64,000 nucleotides of DNA from Spirochaetia bacterium (lineage in GTDB: Bacteria > Spirochaetota > Spirochaetia > CAKZLE01): positions 1,728,001 to 1,792,000 of the forward strand of contig OY782041.1 in assembly GCA_963677595.1 (NCBI GenBank). The letters run 5' to 3'. Shown here piece after piece: positions 1 through 10,373 of the stretch. The notes beneath the pieces were generated by a model that did no database searches, was not told where the DNA came from, and saw only the letters and a list, made by a program, of their open reading frames with translations. The translations under genes were made by a program, and so were the position numbers. Numbering within the stretch: position 1 is the first letter of the stretch; every line of letters starts with the position of its first letter.

Positions 1-1
1 A

Positions 2-1123
2 ACGGGGATCAATCTCGATTATGAGATTATTGACTGGAGTAATGCTATGAATAAGTATTCATTGGCTATGAAAGGTGGAGAAGCCCCCGATGTGGCTGAA
101 TGGTTCTTTCTCACTTCCTTTGCTGAAATGGGTGGTGATGAATTCGGTCCTCTCCTGATAAATGATCTGGCTGATGAAGTAGGTGCAGATGAGCTATATT
201 ATGATGCTGCAAATCTGGAATGTAAGATCAATGGTGATTTTTATGCATTACCATGGAGAATGGATGTACGGATTATGGCATATCGGAAAGATATGCTCGA
301 GCAGGCTGGCATCACAGAAGTACCAACAACATGGAAAGAGCTTGTTGATGTAGCAAAGACATTAACTGTGAAAGATGCTAATGGTAATATCGAGGTAAGT
401 GGAGCAGCGTATTATATAACGAGAGGAGACTTCTTTCAGTCTGCAATGGCCACTATGGCCCAGAATGGCACATCATGCATTGATATTCAGGGCACTGAAT
501 CATTAATCAATGATCCAGCCGCAGTAGAAGCTCTTCAGTTTATGCAGGATCTGGTTCTCAAGTATAATGTGATGAGTCCTTCACATGCATCTGCTACAGT
601 AGATACGATGCAGGAATTCCTTGCTGGAAGGATAGCAATACTCTTGGGCGCAAACCCTGATGCCATCAAGATGCAGCAGGCTAGCGCTCCTCAGCTTGAT
701 GGAAAAGTCATCGGGGCTAGGCTCCCTTCAAAGACTGGAGGAGATTCTGTTTCAAGTATTATGTATGCTGCGCCAGTGAGTATCATGAAAACTACAGAAG
801 ATGTTGAATCTGCAAAAACATTCCTGAAGTTCTTTATGCGTGATGAAAACCAGTTGCTTATAAGTAAAGCTACAGGGCTCATCAATGCTAATAAGCGTGT
901 TATGGCTGATACATATTTCGACGCACAGTGGTATCAGGCTTTAGCAGATCAGGCAGACTATGCTCTCAATGGGGATATCCCTGTTCCTTTCTGGAGCAAA
1001 ATCTCAGCTTTCCCGCAGGGACCTGTTGCAAATGCTGTAAATATGATTCTTGCTGGTGAAGATGTACAGACGGAGTTGGATAATGCCGATAAAGAGATTG
1101 AACTCATCATCTCTGAAAATTGA
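2..1123 (+). CDS. Sugar ABC transporter substrate-binding protein (5'-truncated by window edge)
   Basis: Frame is open from nt 2 (TGINLDYEIIDWSNAM...). Contains PDV, YALPW...MAYRKDML...PTTWKEL and A.EALQF motifs of CUT1 binding proteins; two permeases follow. Confidence 0.9.
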   Translation, partial: TGINLDYEIIDWSNAMNKYSLAMKGGEAPDVAEWFFLTSFAEMGGDEFGPLLINDLADEVGADELYYDAANLECKINGDFYALPWRMDVRIMAYRKDMLEQAGITEVPTTWKELVDVAKTLTVKDANGNIEVSGAAYYITRGDFFQSAMATMAQNGTSCIDIQGTESLINDPAAVEALQFMQDLVLKYNVMSPSHASATVDTMQEFLAGRIAILLGANPDAIKMQQASAPQLDGKVIGARLPSKTGGDSVSSIMYAAPVSIMKTTEDVESAKTFLKFFMRDENQLLISKATGLINANKRVMADTYFDAQWYQALADQADYALNGDIPVPFWSKISAFPQGPVANAVNMILAGEDVQTELDNADKEIELIISEN

Positions 1124-1136
1124 TAAGACTTGATAA

Positions 1137-1163
1137 AGCTGCCTGCTTAGTAGGCAGGCAGCT
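1137..1163 (+). terminator. Intercistronic hairpin (mRNA stabiliser or partial terminator) after the binding-protein gene
   Basis: AGCTGCCTGC-ttagtag-GCAGGCAGCT, perfect 10-bp stem. Confidence 0.6.
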
Positions 1164-1221
1164 ATTGCAATTAACAAAAATGATACTATGTTTATGTAAT
1201 CAATAAGAAACTGGATATATA

Positions 1222-2142
1222 ATGAACATCAAGAAAAAAAATAATAGTCAGATGCAAGATTTTGTGACACCTTACGTCATGTTGATCCCGGGTATTCTAG
1301 GAATATTGTTTGTAAATATTATTCCTAGTACCAGGGCTATTATCATGGGGTTTTTTTCTAATAGCTTCACTTCAAAAAGTGCTTTTGTTGGTCTACAGAA
1401 GTTTTCACGAATACTTGGGTTGCAAGAATTCTGGCAGGTGTTGGGGAATACGTTCTTTTGGTCCTTAGCCACACTTGTTTTCGCTACAATATTAGGAATT
1501 TTCGCTGCATCCCTGATCAATAGACCTTATCCAGGTAGAGGGTTTTTCCGTACAGTATTTCTTATTCCTTGGGTAACCCCCCCAGTCGTGGCTTCAATGG
1601 TTTGGAAAACCCTCTTTAATGAAACTTTAAGTCCAATTAATGACCTGCTGCTGCGGTTGGGAATAATAGATAACTCAATCGGGTTTTTGAGTAATCCTTC
1701 TTGGCAGATAGGTCCATTGTCCGTTCCAATGATATCGTTGTTAGTAGTAAACATCTGGAATGTCTTCCCCTTTATGATGATCATGGTGCTTGCTGCAATG
1801 CAAAGCATTGATGCGTCATGTTACGAAGCTGCAACCATAGATGGGGCTGGGAGAGTAAGGCAGTTCTTCAGTATCACTATACCATTGATCATGCCGGTTC
1901 TATCCATCTCATTATTACTGCAGGGTATATGGCAGTTTAACAGTTTCAATTTTAATTATTTAGTTGCTTACGGTGGCCCTCTGAACACAACAAAAACTAT
2001 GGCAGTCATGATTTATCAGAAAGCTTTTGCAGAATTTGACTACGGCCAGGCTGGAGCTATCAGTGCAATGATGCTCAGCTGTGTTGTAATTCCTGCAGCT
2101 TTTTACATCAAACGACAAATGCAGATTATTGATAAAAGGTAA
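1222..2142 (+). CDS. Carbohydrate ABC transporter permease (MalF-like)
   Basis: Hydrophobic, EAA motif YEAATIDGAGRVRQFFSITIP. Confidence 0.92.
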   Translation: MNIKKKNNSQMQDFVTPYVMLIPGILGILFVNIIPSTRAIIMGFFSNSFTSKSAFVGLQKFSRILGLQEFWQVLGNTFFWSLATLVFATILGIFAASLINRPYPGRGFFRTVFLIPWVTPPVVASMVWKTLFNETLSPINDLLLRLGIIDNSIGFLSNPSWQIGPLSVPMISLLVVNIWNVFPFMMIMVLAAMQSIDASCYEAATIDGAGRVRQFFSITIPLIMPVLSISLLLQGIWQFNSFNFNYLVAYGGPLNTTKTMAVMIYQKAFAEFDYGQAGAISAMMLSCVVIPAAFYIKRQMQIIDKR

Positions 2143-2148
2143 GGAATA

Positions 2149-3015
2149 ATGAAACTGATTACTACTAAACAAAAGCTGAAGATATCACGCTCCATCCATT
2201 ATATATTGCATTACTTTGCATTGCTCCTTATATTCACTTTTGCGATCTTCCCGTATTTCTGGATGCTAATGACCTCATTGAAGCCAAGAGAATTACTGCT
2301 TGCTACTCCCCCCGTCTGGATCCCAAGTAAATTTGATCTAGTACATTATATCGATGTATTCACAAGAATGCCTTTCTTCACATATGTGAAAAACAGTCTC
2401 TATGTAGCATCTGTGACGACATTCTTCTGTATATTGATAGCCTGTCTCAGTGGATACAGCATCAGTCGATATAGTTTCAAAGGAAGGAAATTCACCTTCG
2501 GGTTGTTCATAGCCACCCAGCTGGTTCCGGGAGTACTGCCTCTTGTGCCTTTCTATTTCATGTTATATGCATTGCATTTAACTAACTCCTACTCAGGAAT
2601 CATTCTCTCCTATACGACTTGGGGCATCGCATTCTGCACCATGATGCTACAAGGATATTTCAAGACTGCATATAGTATTGAGATCGAGGAAAGTGCGACC
2701 ATAGATGGCTGCAGCCGTTGGGGGATCTTCTTCCGTATCGCATTACCGCTTGCTAGGCCAGGAATAGTGGCCACCGGAATATTCTCATTCCTGCTGGCAT
2801 GGAATGATTATATTTGGGCAAGTATTATAAATACAAAAGGAGAGTATCGTCTCCTGTCAAATGGTGTACAGGATTTCCAAGCCCAATTTGGGAACTTATA
2901 TATGGGAAGGACAATGGCCACGGGGTTATTAGCGACAATTCCTGCGTTGATCCTGTTCTCATTTGCCCAAAAGCACTTAGTATCCGGCCTTTCACAAGGC
3001 GCTGTGAAAGGGTAG
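2149..3015 (+). CDS. Carbohydrate ABC transporter permease (MalG-like)
   Basis: EESATIDGCSRWGIFFRIALP motif; ends GLSQGAVKG. Confidence 0.92.
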   Translation: MKLITTKQKLKISRSIHYILHYFALLLIFTFAIFPYFWMLMTSLKPRELLLATPPVWIPSKFDLVHYIDVFTRMPFFTYVKNSLYVASVTTFFCILIACLSGYSISRYSFKGRKFTFGLFIATQLVPGVLPLVPFYFMLYALHLTNSYSGIILSYTTWGIAFCTMMLQGYFKTAYSIEIEESATIDGCSRWGIFFRIALPLARPGIVATGIFSFLLAWNDYIWASIINTKGEYRLLSNGVQDFQAQFGNLYMGRTMATGLLATIPALILFSFAQKHLVSGLSQGAVKG

Positions 3016-3053
3016 AACCAACAATAACTATAAGATAAAGGAGCAGATCACAT

Positions 3054-3830
3054 ATGAACTATAGTGTATGCATTGATGCGTTATTTTTTGAGAGTAGTGT
3101 TCCTATCAAACAGCAAATTCAGACTGTTAAAGAACAAGGGTTTTCCTCCATAGAATTCTGGACATGGTGGGATAAAGATATATCTGCATTGAAATCTGCA
3201 TGTCTGGAGCAGGGAATATCGGTACAGTGCTTTTGCACAAGATTCATATCCCTTCTTGATAAGGAAGAGGAAAGTGCCTATCTTGAGGGATTCAAGGAAA
3301 CCCTCTCTTTAGCCAAAGACCTTTCTTGTTCGAAGATAATCACCCAGGTGGGAAATACGCTCCCGAATGTCCCGCGAGATATTCAATTACAACAAGCTGT
3401 ATCGACTTTAAAGAAAGCCGGTGATATGGCATCAGTTGCCGGTTGTACACTGTTGGTTGAACCGTTAAATATCCGAGTTGATCATAAGGGATATTTTCTC
3501 TCGACAACGGATGATGCAATAGAACTTATGAAGCTGGTTGATCATGATAATGTGAAACTCCTATTTGATATTTACCATCAACAGATCACAGAAGGAGATA
3601 TATTAAGACATATTCAGGAAAGTGCTGAATATATTGGTCACTTACATATCGCAGATAATCCCGGAAGGGACCGACCTGGGAGCGGAGAGATCAATTATAC
3701 CTTCTTGATCCCAGAACTCTACAAGGTAGTGGCCTCAGATGTGTATATGGGGCTTGAATACTTTACGCAAATTCCCGTTGAAGATAGTTTATCTCTTACA
3801 GCAGCTTTCTTACCAGGAGTGGATAAATGA
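3054..3830 (+). CDS. Hydroxypyruvate isomerase/sugar epimerase family TIM-barrel protein
   Basis: VEPLN, LFDIYHQQITEG, HLHIADNPGR.RPGSGEINY, GLEY motifs. Confidence 0.85.
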   Translation: MNYSVCIDALFFESSVPIKQQIQTVKEQGFSSIEFWTWWDKDISALKSACLEQGISVQCFCTRFISLLDKEEESAYLEGFKETLSLAKDLSCSKIITQVGNTLPNVPRDIQLQQAVSTLKKAGDMASVAGCTLLVEPLNIRVDHKGYFLSTTDDAIELMKLVDHDNVKLLFDIYHQQITEGDILRHIQESAEYIGHLHIADNPGRDRPGSGEINYTFLIPELYKVVASDVYMGLEYFTQIPVEDSLSLTAAFLPGVDK

Positions 3831-4888
3831 GATATGCCTGCATCGGATCTGGTTGGATAAGCAAACTTAAACACTTGAAGCACTACTGTGATCAGGAACA
3901 TATTGAAGCTTTAGCGGTTGTTGATTCAAACCTTGAAGCTGCAAAGAAGACAGCAGAAGAGTTTGGTATACCTCATTGGTATTCGTCAGTGAATGATTGT
4001 CTAGATGAGATAAAACCTGAACTTATTAGTGTCTGTGTGCCAAATTTTCTTCACTACCCAATCGTGAAAGAGGCCCTTTCCCGTGGGATTCATGTACATT
4101 GTGAAAAACCCATGGCTAAAAATATCAGTGAAGCAAATGAGATCGCGCAATTAGCTGCAGCAAGTAGTGGGATCCTCTTTACGGGGATGAATAAAAGATA
4201 TGCTACTTTTGCAAAAGAGATGAAAAGTAAGATACAGGATTCTTCATTCGGTGACATCTATTCAATTGATATGACCTGGATAAGGAAACGTGGTATTCCT
4301 GGGAAAGGTGGCTGGTTTACCAATAAGGAACTTTCTGGCGGGGGGGTCTTGATCGATCTTGGAGTTCATTTGATTGACCTTGCCTTATATCTCACAGATT
4401 TTCCTGAAGTGACAGGTATCTTTGGTCAGGCAGATAGCTACTTTATGGATGAAGATGTGGAGCTCACTACATGGGCGCCCGCTCAGAACACGGCCCCATT
4501 GTCAATCGATGTGGAAGATACTTGTGTAATGATGTTTACCCTGAAGGGGAGGATATCGGTGACGATTCGACTAGGTTGGGCGGCAAACAGTATCGATACC
4601 GAGCAGGTCAGCATAGCATGTTATGGGACAAAAGCTGGGCTGTTTTATAACGAGGAAACTGGATTGGATTATTCCATCATTCAAAATGGGACTCCCCAAG
4701 TCTTAAAACTGCAAGGACCCGTTGACGGTGAAGATGAGTTCAATATGCAATGTGCCAATGAGATCCAGAATTGTCTTTCCTGTTGCCATTCAGGTCAATC
4801 ATTATCTTCGGCAGACCAAGCAGTTCAAGTAATGAAAATTATTGATTCAGTCTATACGTTATCAGAGAAAAGGAGTGATAAAATATGA
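3827..4888 (+). CDS. Gfo/Idh/MocA family oxidoreductase
   Basis: IGSGWIS Rossmann start, HVHCEKPMA, GGGVLIDLGVHLID. Confidence 0.92.
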   Translation: MRYACIGSGWISKLKHLKHYCDQEHIEALAVVDSNLEAAKKTAEEFGIPHWYSSVNDCLDEIKPELISVCVPNFLHYPIVKEALSRGIHVHCEKPMAKNISEANEIAQLAAASSGILFTGMNKRYATFAKEMKSKIQDSSFGDIYSIDMTWIRKRGIPGKGGWFTNKELSGGGVLIDLGVHLIDLALYLTDFPEVTGIFGQADSYFMDEDVELTTWAPAQNTAPLSIDVEDTCVMMFTLKGRISVTIRLGWAANSIDTEQVSIACYGTKAGLFYNEETGLDYSIIQNGTPQVLKLQGPVDGEDEFNMQCANEIQNCLSCCHSGQSLSSADQAVQVMKIIDSVYTLSEKRSDKI

Positions 4889-5934
4889 ATATCGCCGTAT
4901 ATACAGCACCAAAGACTCTCGAGGTGAGGGAGCATGAAAGTATTGAAATTCTTGGAGAGAACCAGGTTCGGGTAAAGAGTTTATTCTCAGGAATCTCCCA
5001 TGGGACTGAAATGGGGGTGTATCGAGGCGTTGCTCCATTCTTCTCAAAGCAATATGATCCAGCAATACGTCTTTTTGTACCAGCAAATGCACAAGATACA
5101 TGGCAATATCCCATAAGGAGCTGTGACCCGGGTGTATGGTATCTGGGATACTCCGTATGTGGGGAAGTTATTGAGACTGGTGACAAGGTAACGACTTTAT
5201 CAGTTGGCGATAAGGTCTATATCAATGCCTCTCACCAAAGTGAACATTGTGTTGATGCAGATAAAGCAGTTAAGTTGCCAAACTCCTTGGATCCTCGGTA
5301 TGGAGTTTTCATTACAAACCTCATGACAGCTTTTAATGGTATTCTTGATAGTGATATAAAACTAGGAGATGTCGTTGTCATCATGGGACAAGGTGTCATC
5401 GGTCAGCTGACTGCTCAGTTAGCGAAGCTTTCAGGTGGTATTGTCTATGTTGTTGATACAATAGATAAACGTTTGGAGGCTTCAACGAAAATAGGTGCAG
5501 ATGAAACCTTCAACCCAATGACTCGTGATGATATTGCATCGGTGATTAGAGAGAAAACGTCTGGTCGTGGGGCTGATATAGTAATAGATGCTACAGGTTC
5601 TTCAAAAGCTTTACAGCAAGCTATTCGTATAGCAGCTCCAGAATCAAAAGTGATTGCTCTTTCTTGGTATCAAGGAGATTCAGTAATCAATTTTGCAGAT
5701 GAGTTTCACCATAATCGCATTACAATCCGATGTTCCCAAGCTAACTTTACTAGACCTGATTTTGCACATATTTGGACTTTTGAACGAAAGTTAGAATTTT
5801 GTACTTCATTACTTTCTAAACTCGATTTAGAAACATTAATTACAAATGAATATCCATTTGAACAGATTCAGACTGCATATGAAAAGATTGATACGCATCC
5901 TGAAGAGATAATACAGTGTGTTCTGAGTTATTAG
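4885..5934 (+). CDS. Zinc-binding (MDR) dehydrogenase, YcjQ-like subgroup
   Basis: SGISHGTE, LGYS, GQGVIGQL, GADIVIDATG, EFHHNRITI motifs. Confidence 0.85.
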   Translation: MNIAVYTAPKTLEVREHESIEILGENQVRVKSLFSGISHGTEMGVYRGVAPFFSKQYDPAIRLFVPANAQDTWQYPIRSCDPGVWYLGYSVCGEVIETGDKVTTLSVGDKVYINASHQSEHCVDADKAVKLPNSLDPRYGVFITNLMTAFNGILDSDIKLGDVVVIMGQGVIGQLTAQLAKLSGGIVYVVDTIDKRLEASTKIGADETFNPMTRDDIASVIREKTSGRGADIVIDATGSSKALQQAIRIAAPESKVIALSWYQGDSVINFADEFHHNRITIRCSQANFTRPDFAHIWTFERKLEFCTSLLSKLDLETLITNEYPFEQIQTAYEKIDTHPEEIIQCVLSY

Positions 5935-6419
5935 AATGAAGAAATCCACGGAATCTCTCCTTGAAGTGTAAATTCTGAGGGGATTATGACTTTTCAGGAA
6001 GATTCCATGATATCGAGGGAGTAGATGGTCTCGTGTATCGGGGTAGAAGCGTACTCATCGTTGAGCTCAAGGGTATCGATTCTTCTCAGCTCCCTGCCGA
6101 TACTCCGGGCATACTTGGTGAACGCACCAAGGCTCGCAAGGTTATCGGGTTCGATGGTCACCTGGATATGCTTTGCACCGAGCTTCGATGCCTGTGACCC
6201 ACATTCCTCACTTTCATGACGCACACATAGCAGGATTTTCCATTTCAGGAAAGGATTGAGACTACGAAGGGCTATTCATCCTTACCGATCCTCCACACGG
6301 CATAAAAATCGGCAAATCCGCCTGGTTGCTACCCCGTCTGAACAGACATGCTGATGATCAGGACAGTAACCAGCCTTCTCATAGGTTCTGAGGATCAGAC
6401 GCAGGTACACCTACGAAGT

Positions 6420-7096
6420 TCATGCATGCAGAGAGGTCAGGACACACCTCACCCCCTTGTCGTAGAATACGCGTTCATCAAGACCCAATGCAGACAGGAA
6501 GGCCAACTGACGGGAAGAGAGCGGATTTACCAGCACCGCTTCTGCTCCCATCTCTGCCGCCATGATACCGCCAAACACGGTACTCATCATGAATGAAGTC
6601 GGCTTTGCCGTCGGTTTGTTGTCCCAGCCTGGTACCGTAGTACCTTCCTTCTGGAGATACCGCCGCATCTGCCGCTCCATCAACCGCCAGACCATCAGGG
6701 CGATCACGAGAATCATCCCCAATGCATCTATGCGGGAAGGGGTTTTCAGAAACAGGTCATTGACTACCAGGGGATCCTTGAGGAATGAAAAATCACTCTC
6801 GATCCCATACTGGCCTTTGTACGTACGCAGTACCGATGCGGCATCAAGCGATGCAACAGCAACATTGGTAAGCAGCACAAAACATCCTGCCTGCTCTCTG
6901 AGCACCTGCAGCTTGTCCGACTTTTCGGTGATCTCCCAGTTCAACTCATACCGCAGATCTACAGGCGGCGGACCCTCCTTCGGGGGACGTCCACGACGCC
7001 GAACCGCCACTTCTTGGATCGTAACCGTTAACGAGTGCAGCGGGGAAGAGACCGCAGCGAGGTTGGCAGCAGCAACCTGCGCATCTTCGCTGCAGT
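6420..7096 (-). pseudogene. Outer IS1634 transposase, C-terminal part
   Basis: GCFVLLTN...YKGQYGIESDFSFLK; in frame with 10283-9257 once the inner IS is removed (...KVQRQY|YCSEDAQ...). Confidence 0.88.
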
Positions 7097-7146
7097 AATA
7101 CCCTTAACTTCCTGACTTTTTATTACTCAAGGCCTGCATCGAGGCC

Positions 7147-7371
7147 TCAGCGGGTACCATCCTTGATGAATCGCATCACGTCTTCAAAACTCTTATCACT
7201 CTTGTTGAGCGCCTGGGCAAGTTCCTGCAGCTGAAGGTTCTTCTTCTCTTCGTACCATCGTTCCAGTTCAGTTACGGCAGCATCATACCGGTCTTTTGTT
7301 TGTTCCACTGCATCTTGGGCCTTCTTGATCTTTGCATCAACCGATGCCATCGTCCTTGTGCGTGCCATCAC
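7147..7371 (-). CDS. Small coiled-coil accessory protein of the inner IS
   Basis: GTGA overlap with the transposase stop, GGAGG RBS, heptad-like helix; lies inside the IRs. Confidence 0.75.
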   Translation of the reverse strand: MMARTRTMASVDAKIKKAQDAVEQTKDRYDAAVTELERWYEEKKNLQLQELAQALNKSDKSFEDVMRFIKDGTR

Positions 7372-9095
7372 GATTCCTCCTGTTTGTCAGATGTGTCTGT
7401 TGCAGCCAATACCCCACTAATGGATTGAGCTGTAGTCTGTACAGAGGCAGGATCTAAGCCTAGGGCCTCCAGGATCACTTTCTGGGTCTTCGTTACGGCA
7501 TGATCGAGCCGGTAGATGCCGTCAAACTGGCGTACCATCTCGATCTTGTCCAACTCCTTGATTGCCGCCGGGACCGTCATGTAGTTTGGCCTCTTTTCCA
7601 TCCGCGCCATCGCATCCTTAAGCAGGTTGTAGAGCCGATTGCGTATGATGAGAGCGACAAACCCGATGAACACCTTGGCATCCGCAGCCTGGTCGGAATG
7701 GACACGCAGGCTCTTGTTGCCCAAAAAGGTTTTGTCGCTTCTGAACAGCTTCTCCGAAGCATCTCTGCTCCGATAGAGATCCATCGCCTCCTGAGTCGTC
7801 ATCTGCTCTGAGGTGACGATAGCAAAGTAGCCGCACAGAGATAATTCCCGCTGGATCACATCGTTCCGTTCCCGCCAGTGGACCAGGGTTTTGGCTGATC
7901 CCTCCTGCTCATTGAAATAGAGCTCATAATACTGGGAGTACGATTTCGGGAACGTGATCGCCTGTCCCCGATGCTTGAGGAGACTCTTCTCCATCCGCTC
8001 CAGCTTAGCCTCAAGCTTGCCTCTCTGGCTGCATTCAAGCGTTGAGGAATGGAAGATGTGGAAATACCGCTCTCGTGTATCATCAGCGTACAGCGGTGCC
8101 TTGATGGTCTTCCCATACACCCGGTGCCCACGAATGAAACATCTCCGGTCAGTCTCAAAGCTCCCCTGATGCTCCAGTACCAAGCCGGAGACGAGGTCCT
8201 TCATGCCCTTGACCATGATGACGAACTCATAGCCGCAGGCGTCCATGTACTGGATGTTCGCCTTGGAGAAGTATCCTCGGTCAAGTATGAACCCGCAATG
8301 CCGGTATCCATAGCTGAGTGCTTTCTCCAGCATGAATTGGAGCTGTGAGACATCTACGATACTGCCGGAATACTCCTCATAGAACAAGGGGACCTGGTTC
8401 GTCTTGTCATAGGCAATCGAATAATTGAAAACGGGAAGTCCCTGTTCATCCTTTGGATGCCCAAACTCGACGATCTCGATGTCCCCGGCCTGGCAATTCT
8501 TGTTCGTGGAATCGTAGGAGATGTAGATCCGTTCTCGGTGATCCCTACGTGCATTCCACGCATTCAGGAACTCCACACTCCAGTGCTCAGGCATGGTGGT
8601 AAGGAAGTCTGAGACCTTAGAGTCGCTGTAGATATGCATGGCGTTGGTAAACAACGGATGGCAATAAGCATAGTCAGGATAGTACTGACCGGCATTGTTC
8701 TCACTGATCAGGGAATATGCGGCAAGGTCCAGGAAGAACCCGGTATCCTTGTCGATGATGGGGTTGAGGGTCTTCTCGATCCCATAGTGCTCGATGATGC
8801 TGCGGATCGCCAACCAGGAACCGATCTTCAGGCAGCAGCTTCGGTCTGGATCAGTCGTACGACTGGGCGAAACATCAACGGCAGGAAAGTACTTCAGGAA
8901 ATTTGGATTCGGATACATTTTGTGCTTATCGTTGCCAGCAATCTTGCCGATGACAACCCGCTTGGGGACATTGAACTTCCTGTCAGCATCATAGATCCGA
9001 TCGTATTCGAAGTGCACGTAGGACGAATTATTCTTCGTCTGAATCACGATTTTACCGGGGACATCCGGCAGGTCAACCAGGGTCTTTAGGTACAT
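7368..9095 (-). CDS. IS1634-family DDE transposase
   Basis: SYDST, ILDRGY, YRSRDASEKLF DDE motifs; ATG 9095 has a GAGGTG RBS (ORF track start 9104). Confidence 0.92.
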   Translation of the reverse strand: MYLKTLVDLPDVPGKIVIQTKNNSSYVHFEYDRIYDADRKFNVPKRVVIGKIAGNDKHKMYPNPNFLKYFPAVDVSPSRTTDPDRSCCLKIGSWLAIRSIIEHYGIEKTLNPIIDKDTGFFLDLAAYSLISENNAGQYYPDYAYCHPLFTNAMHIYSDSKVSDFLTTMPEHWSVEFLNAWNARRDHRERIYISYDSTNKNCQAGDIEIVEFGHPKDEQGLPVFNYSIAYDKTNQVPLFYEEYSGSIVDVSQLQFMLEKALSYGYRHCGFILDRGYFSKANIQYMDACGYEFVIMVKGMKDLVSGLVLEHQGSFETDRRCFIRGHRVYGKTIKAPLYADDTRERYFHIFHSSTLECSQRGKLEAKLERMEKSLLKHRGQAITFPKSYSQYYELYFNEQEGSAKTLVHWRERNDVIQRELSLCGYFAIVTSEQMTTQEAMDLYRSRDASEKLFRSDKTFLGNKSLRVHSDQAADAKVFIGFVALIIRNRLYNLLKDAMARMEKRPNYMTVPAAIKELDKIEMVRQFDGIYRLDHAVTKTQKVILEALGLDPASVQTTAQSISGVLAATDTSDKQEES

Positions 9096-9256
9096 GATAT
9101 TCACCTCGCATTGAGTAATACTTTATACCTTAAGTATAGCAGAGCTGGGTCTGGAATTCAACTGAAAACCGTTTGTTTCTCCTTATATTTTAAAGATTTA
9201 TGTATTGGCTTGTCGCGAAAAAGTGGTTTGAGTAATAAAAGTACAAGAAGTTAAGG

Positions 9257-10283
9257 AATACTGTCGCTGAACTTTCTTCAATTTCCCGTTCAGCTCCTTC
9301 AACGATTGCTCAATCGCTTTGTCAATCTTCTTCTGCCTTCGCTTATCATGGGAACTCGAATGTATCACGACCCCGCGATAGGGCTTTTCATACAACGTTA
9401 CCGTCGTCTCGCACCCCTTATAGATCGCAGGAGGCCGGTTCTTCCCTGTTGGTGTTTCAGCCATCATGCCTATGGGACTCCAGCGACCCGCTCCGATCGC
9501 TTCCCTTATTGCCTGGTCACATGCGCCGTAGGTTGCCGGAAGACGGCTGATGAATGGCATCGACCCTAAAGCCTCCAGATTCTCCTGCGTCACCATGGCC
9601 GAGTCTGCAACATAGATACAGGCCCCATCTCCCAACCCATGTCGGGAGAGCAGTGTACTGATCCGTGTGAGCATCGCATTGTTAGACGTCTTGTCTGAGG
9701 AGTTCCCATTGAGGGTACTGCTGAAGATTGGGACCCCATGATCCACGCACAGTAACTCCGTCATGAACTGCTTGAGATCCGGTCGGTGATCCTTGGAGTG
9801 CCCCAGGACGATCGAAGGCCCCGGGGTCTTTTCCTGCTCACTCCCCCGGTATTCCCCCCAGACACTCGTACTGGTAGTATCGTAACTGAGGGCATGCATA
9901 TCCAGATCGAAGACCTGTGCTGCCCGAATCCCCAGTTCGGTCACAATCTTCGATGGGCCGGCATCGAAGATCGCATCCAGGGACCGAGCTATGTTCGTGT
10001 CATTGAACAGATGCGGATCTACCTCCTGTCCCAGCAATAGGCTGCGGTTCTGCTGCTCGATGAACTGCTCGATCCGATACAGCGGCGACCGTCCATGCAG
10101 GACATCGAGCACCATCGTCTGCACCACGAGCCCCGGAGATAGCTGCATACGGGTCTCCACCGCCGCATCCACGATGTCTCTCAACCCGAGCATGCGGCAG
10201 TAGGCCGCCGCAATGGGCAGGTAGGAATGGGTATAGATTCTGGTATGCTGAAACAGGGTTGAAAGGGGCGGAGTACTGGCCAT
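9257..10283 (-). pseudogene. Outer IS1634 transposase, N-terminal part
   Basis: SYDTTS, GHSKDHRPDLKQ, GNSSD, YVADSA motifs; truncated by the inner IS. Confidence 0.88.
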
Positions 10284-10314
10284 CGGTATCCTCCTGTAGC
10301 GGTCGTGGAAACAG

Positions 10315-10373
10315 GACTTGACTGATCACTGAACCTACTGTATTATACAGTAGGACAAGAGAGGAGTCAAGTC
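10315..10373. promoter_or_regulatory. Symmetric bidirectional sigma-70 promoter with central palindrome
   Basis: + strand TTGACT(10318)-17-TATTAT; - strand TTGACT(10370)-17-TATAAT; palindrome CCTACTGTA-tta-TACAGTAGG at 10334-10354. Confidence 0.75.

Larger units (their letters stand above)
7102..9256 (-). mobile_element. IS1634-family insertion sequence (inner, nested, apparently intact)
   Basis: Imperfect ~29-bp IRs CCTTAACTTC...TTTTATTACTCAA; 5-bp TSD AATAC (7097-7101, 9257-9261). Confidence 0.92.

Noticed and set aside
5994-6224. 76-aa ORF (and 10765-11088) as independent genes
   Set aside because: They are the two halves of the IS-split GNAT gene; the extra residues come from IS ends.
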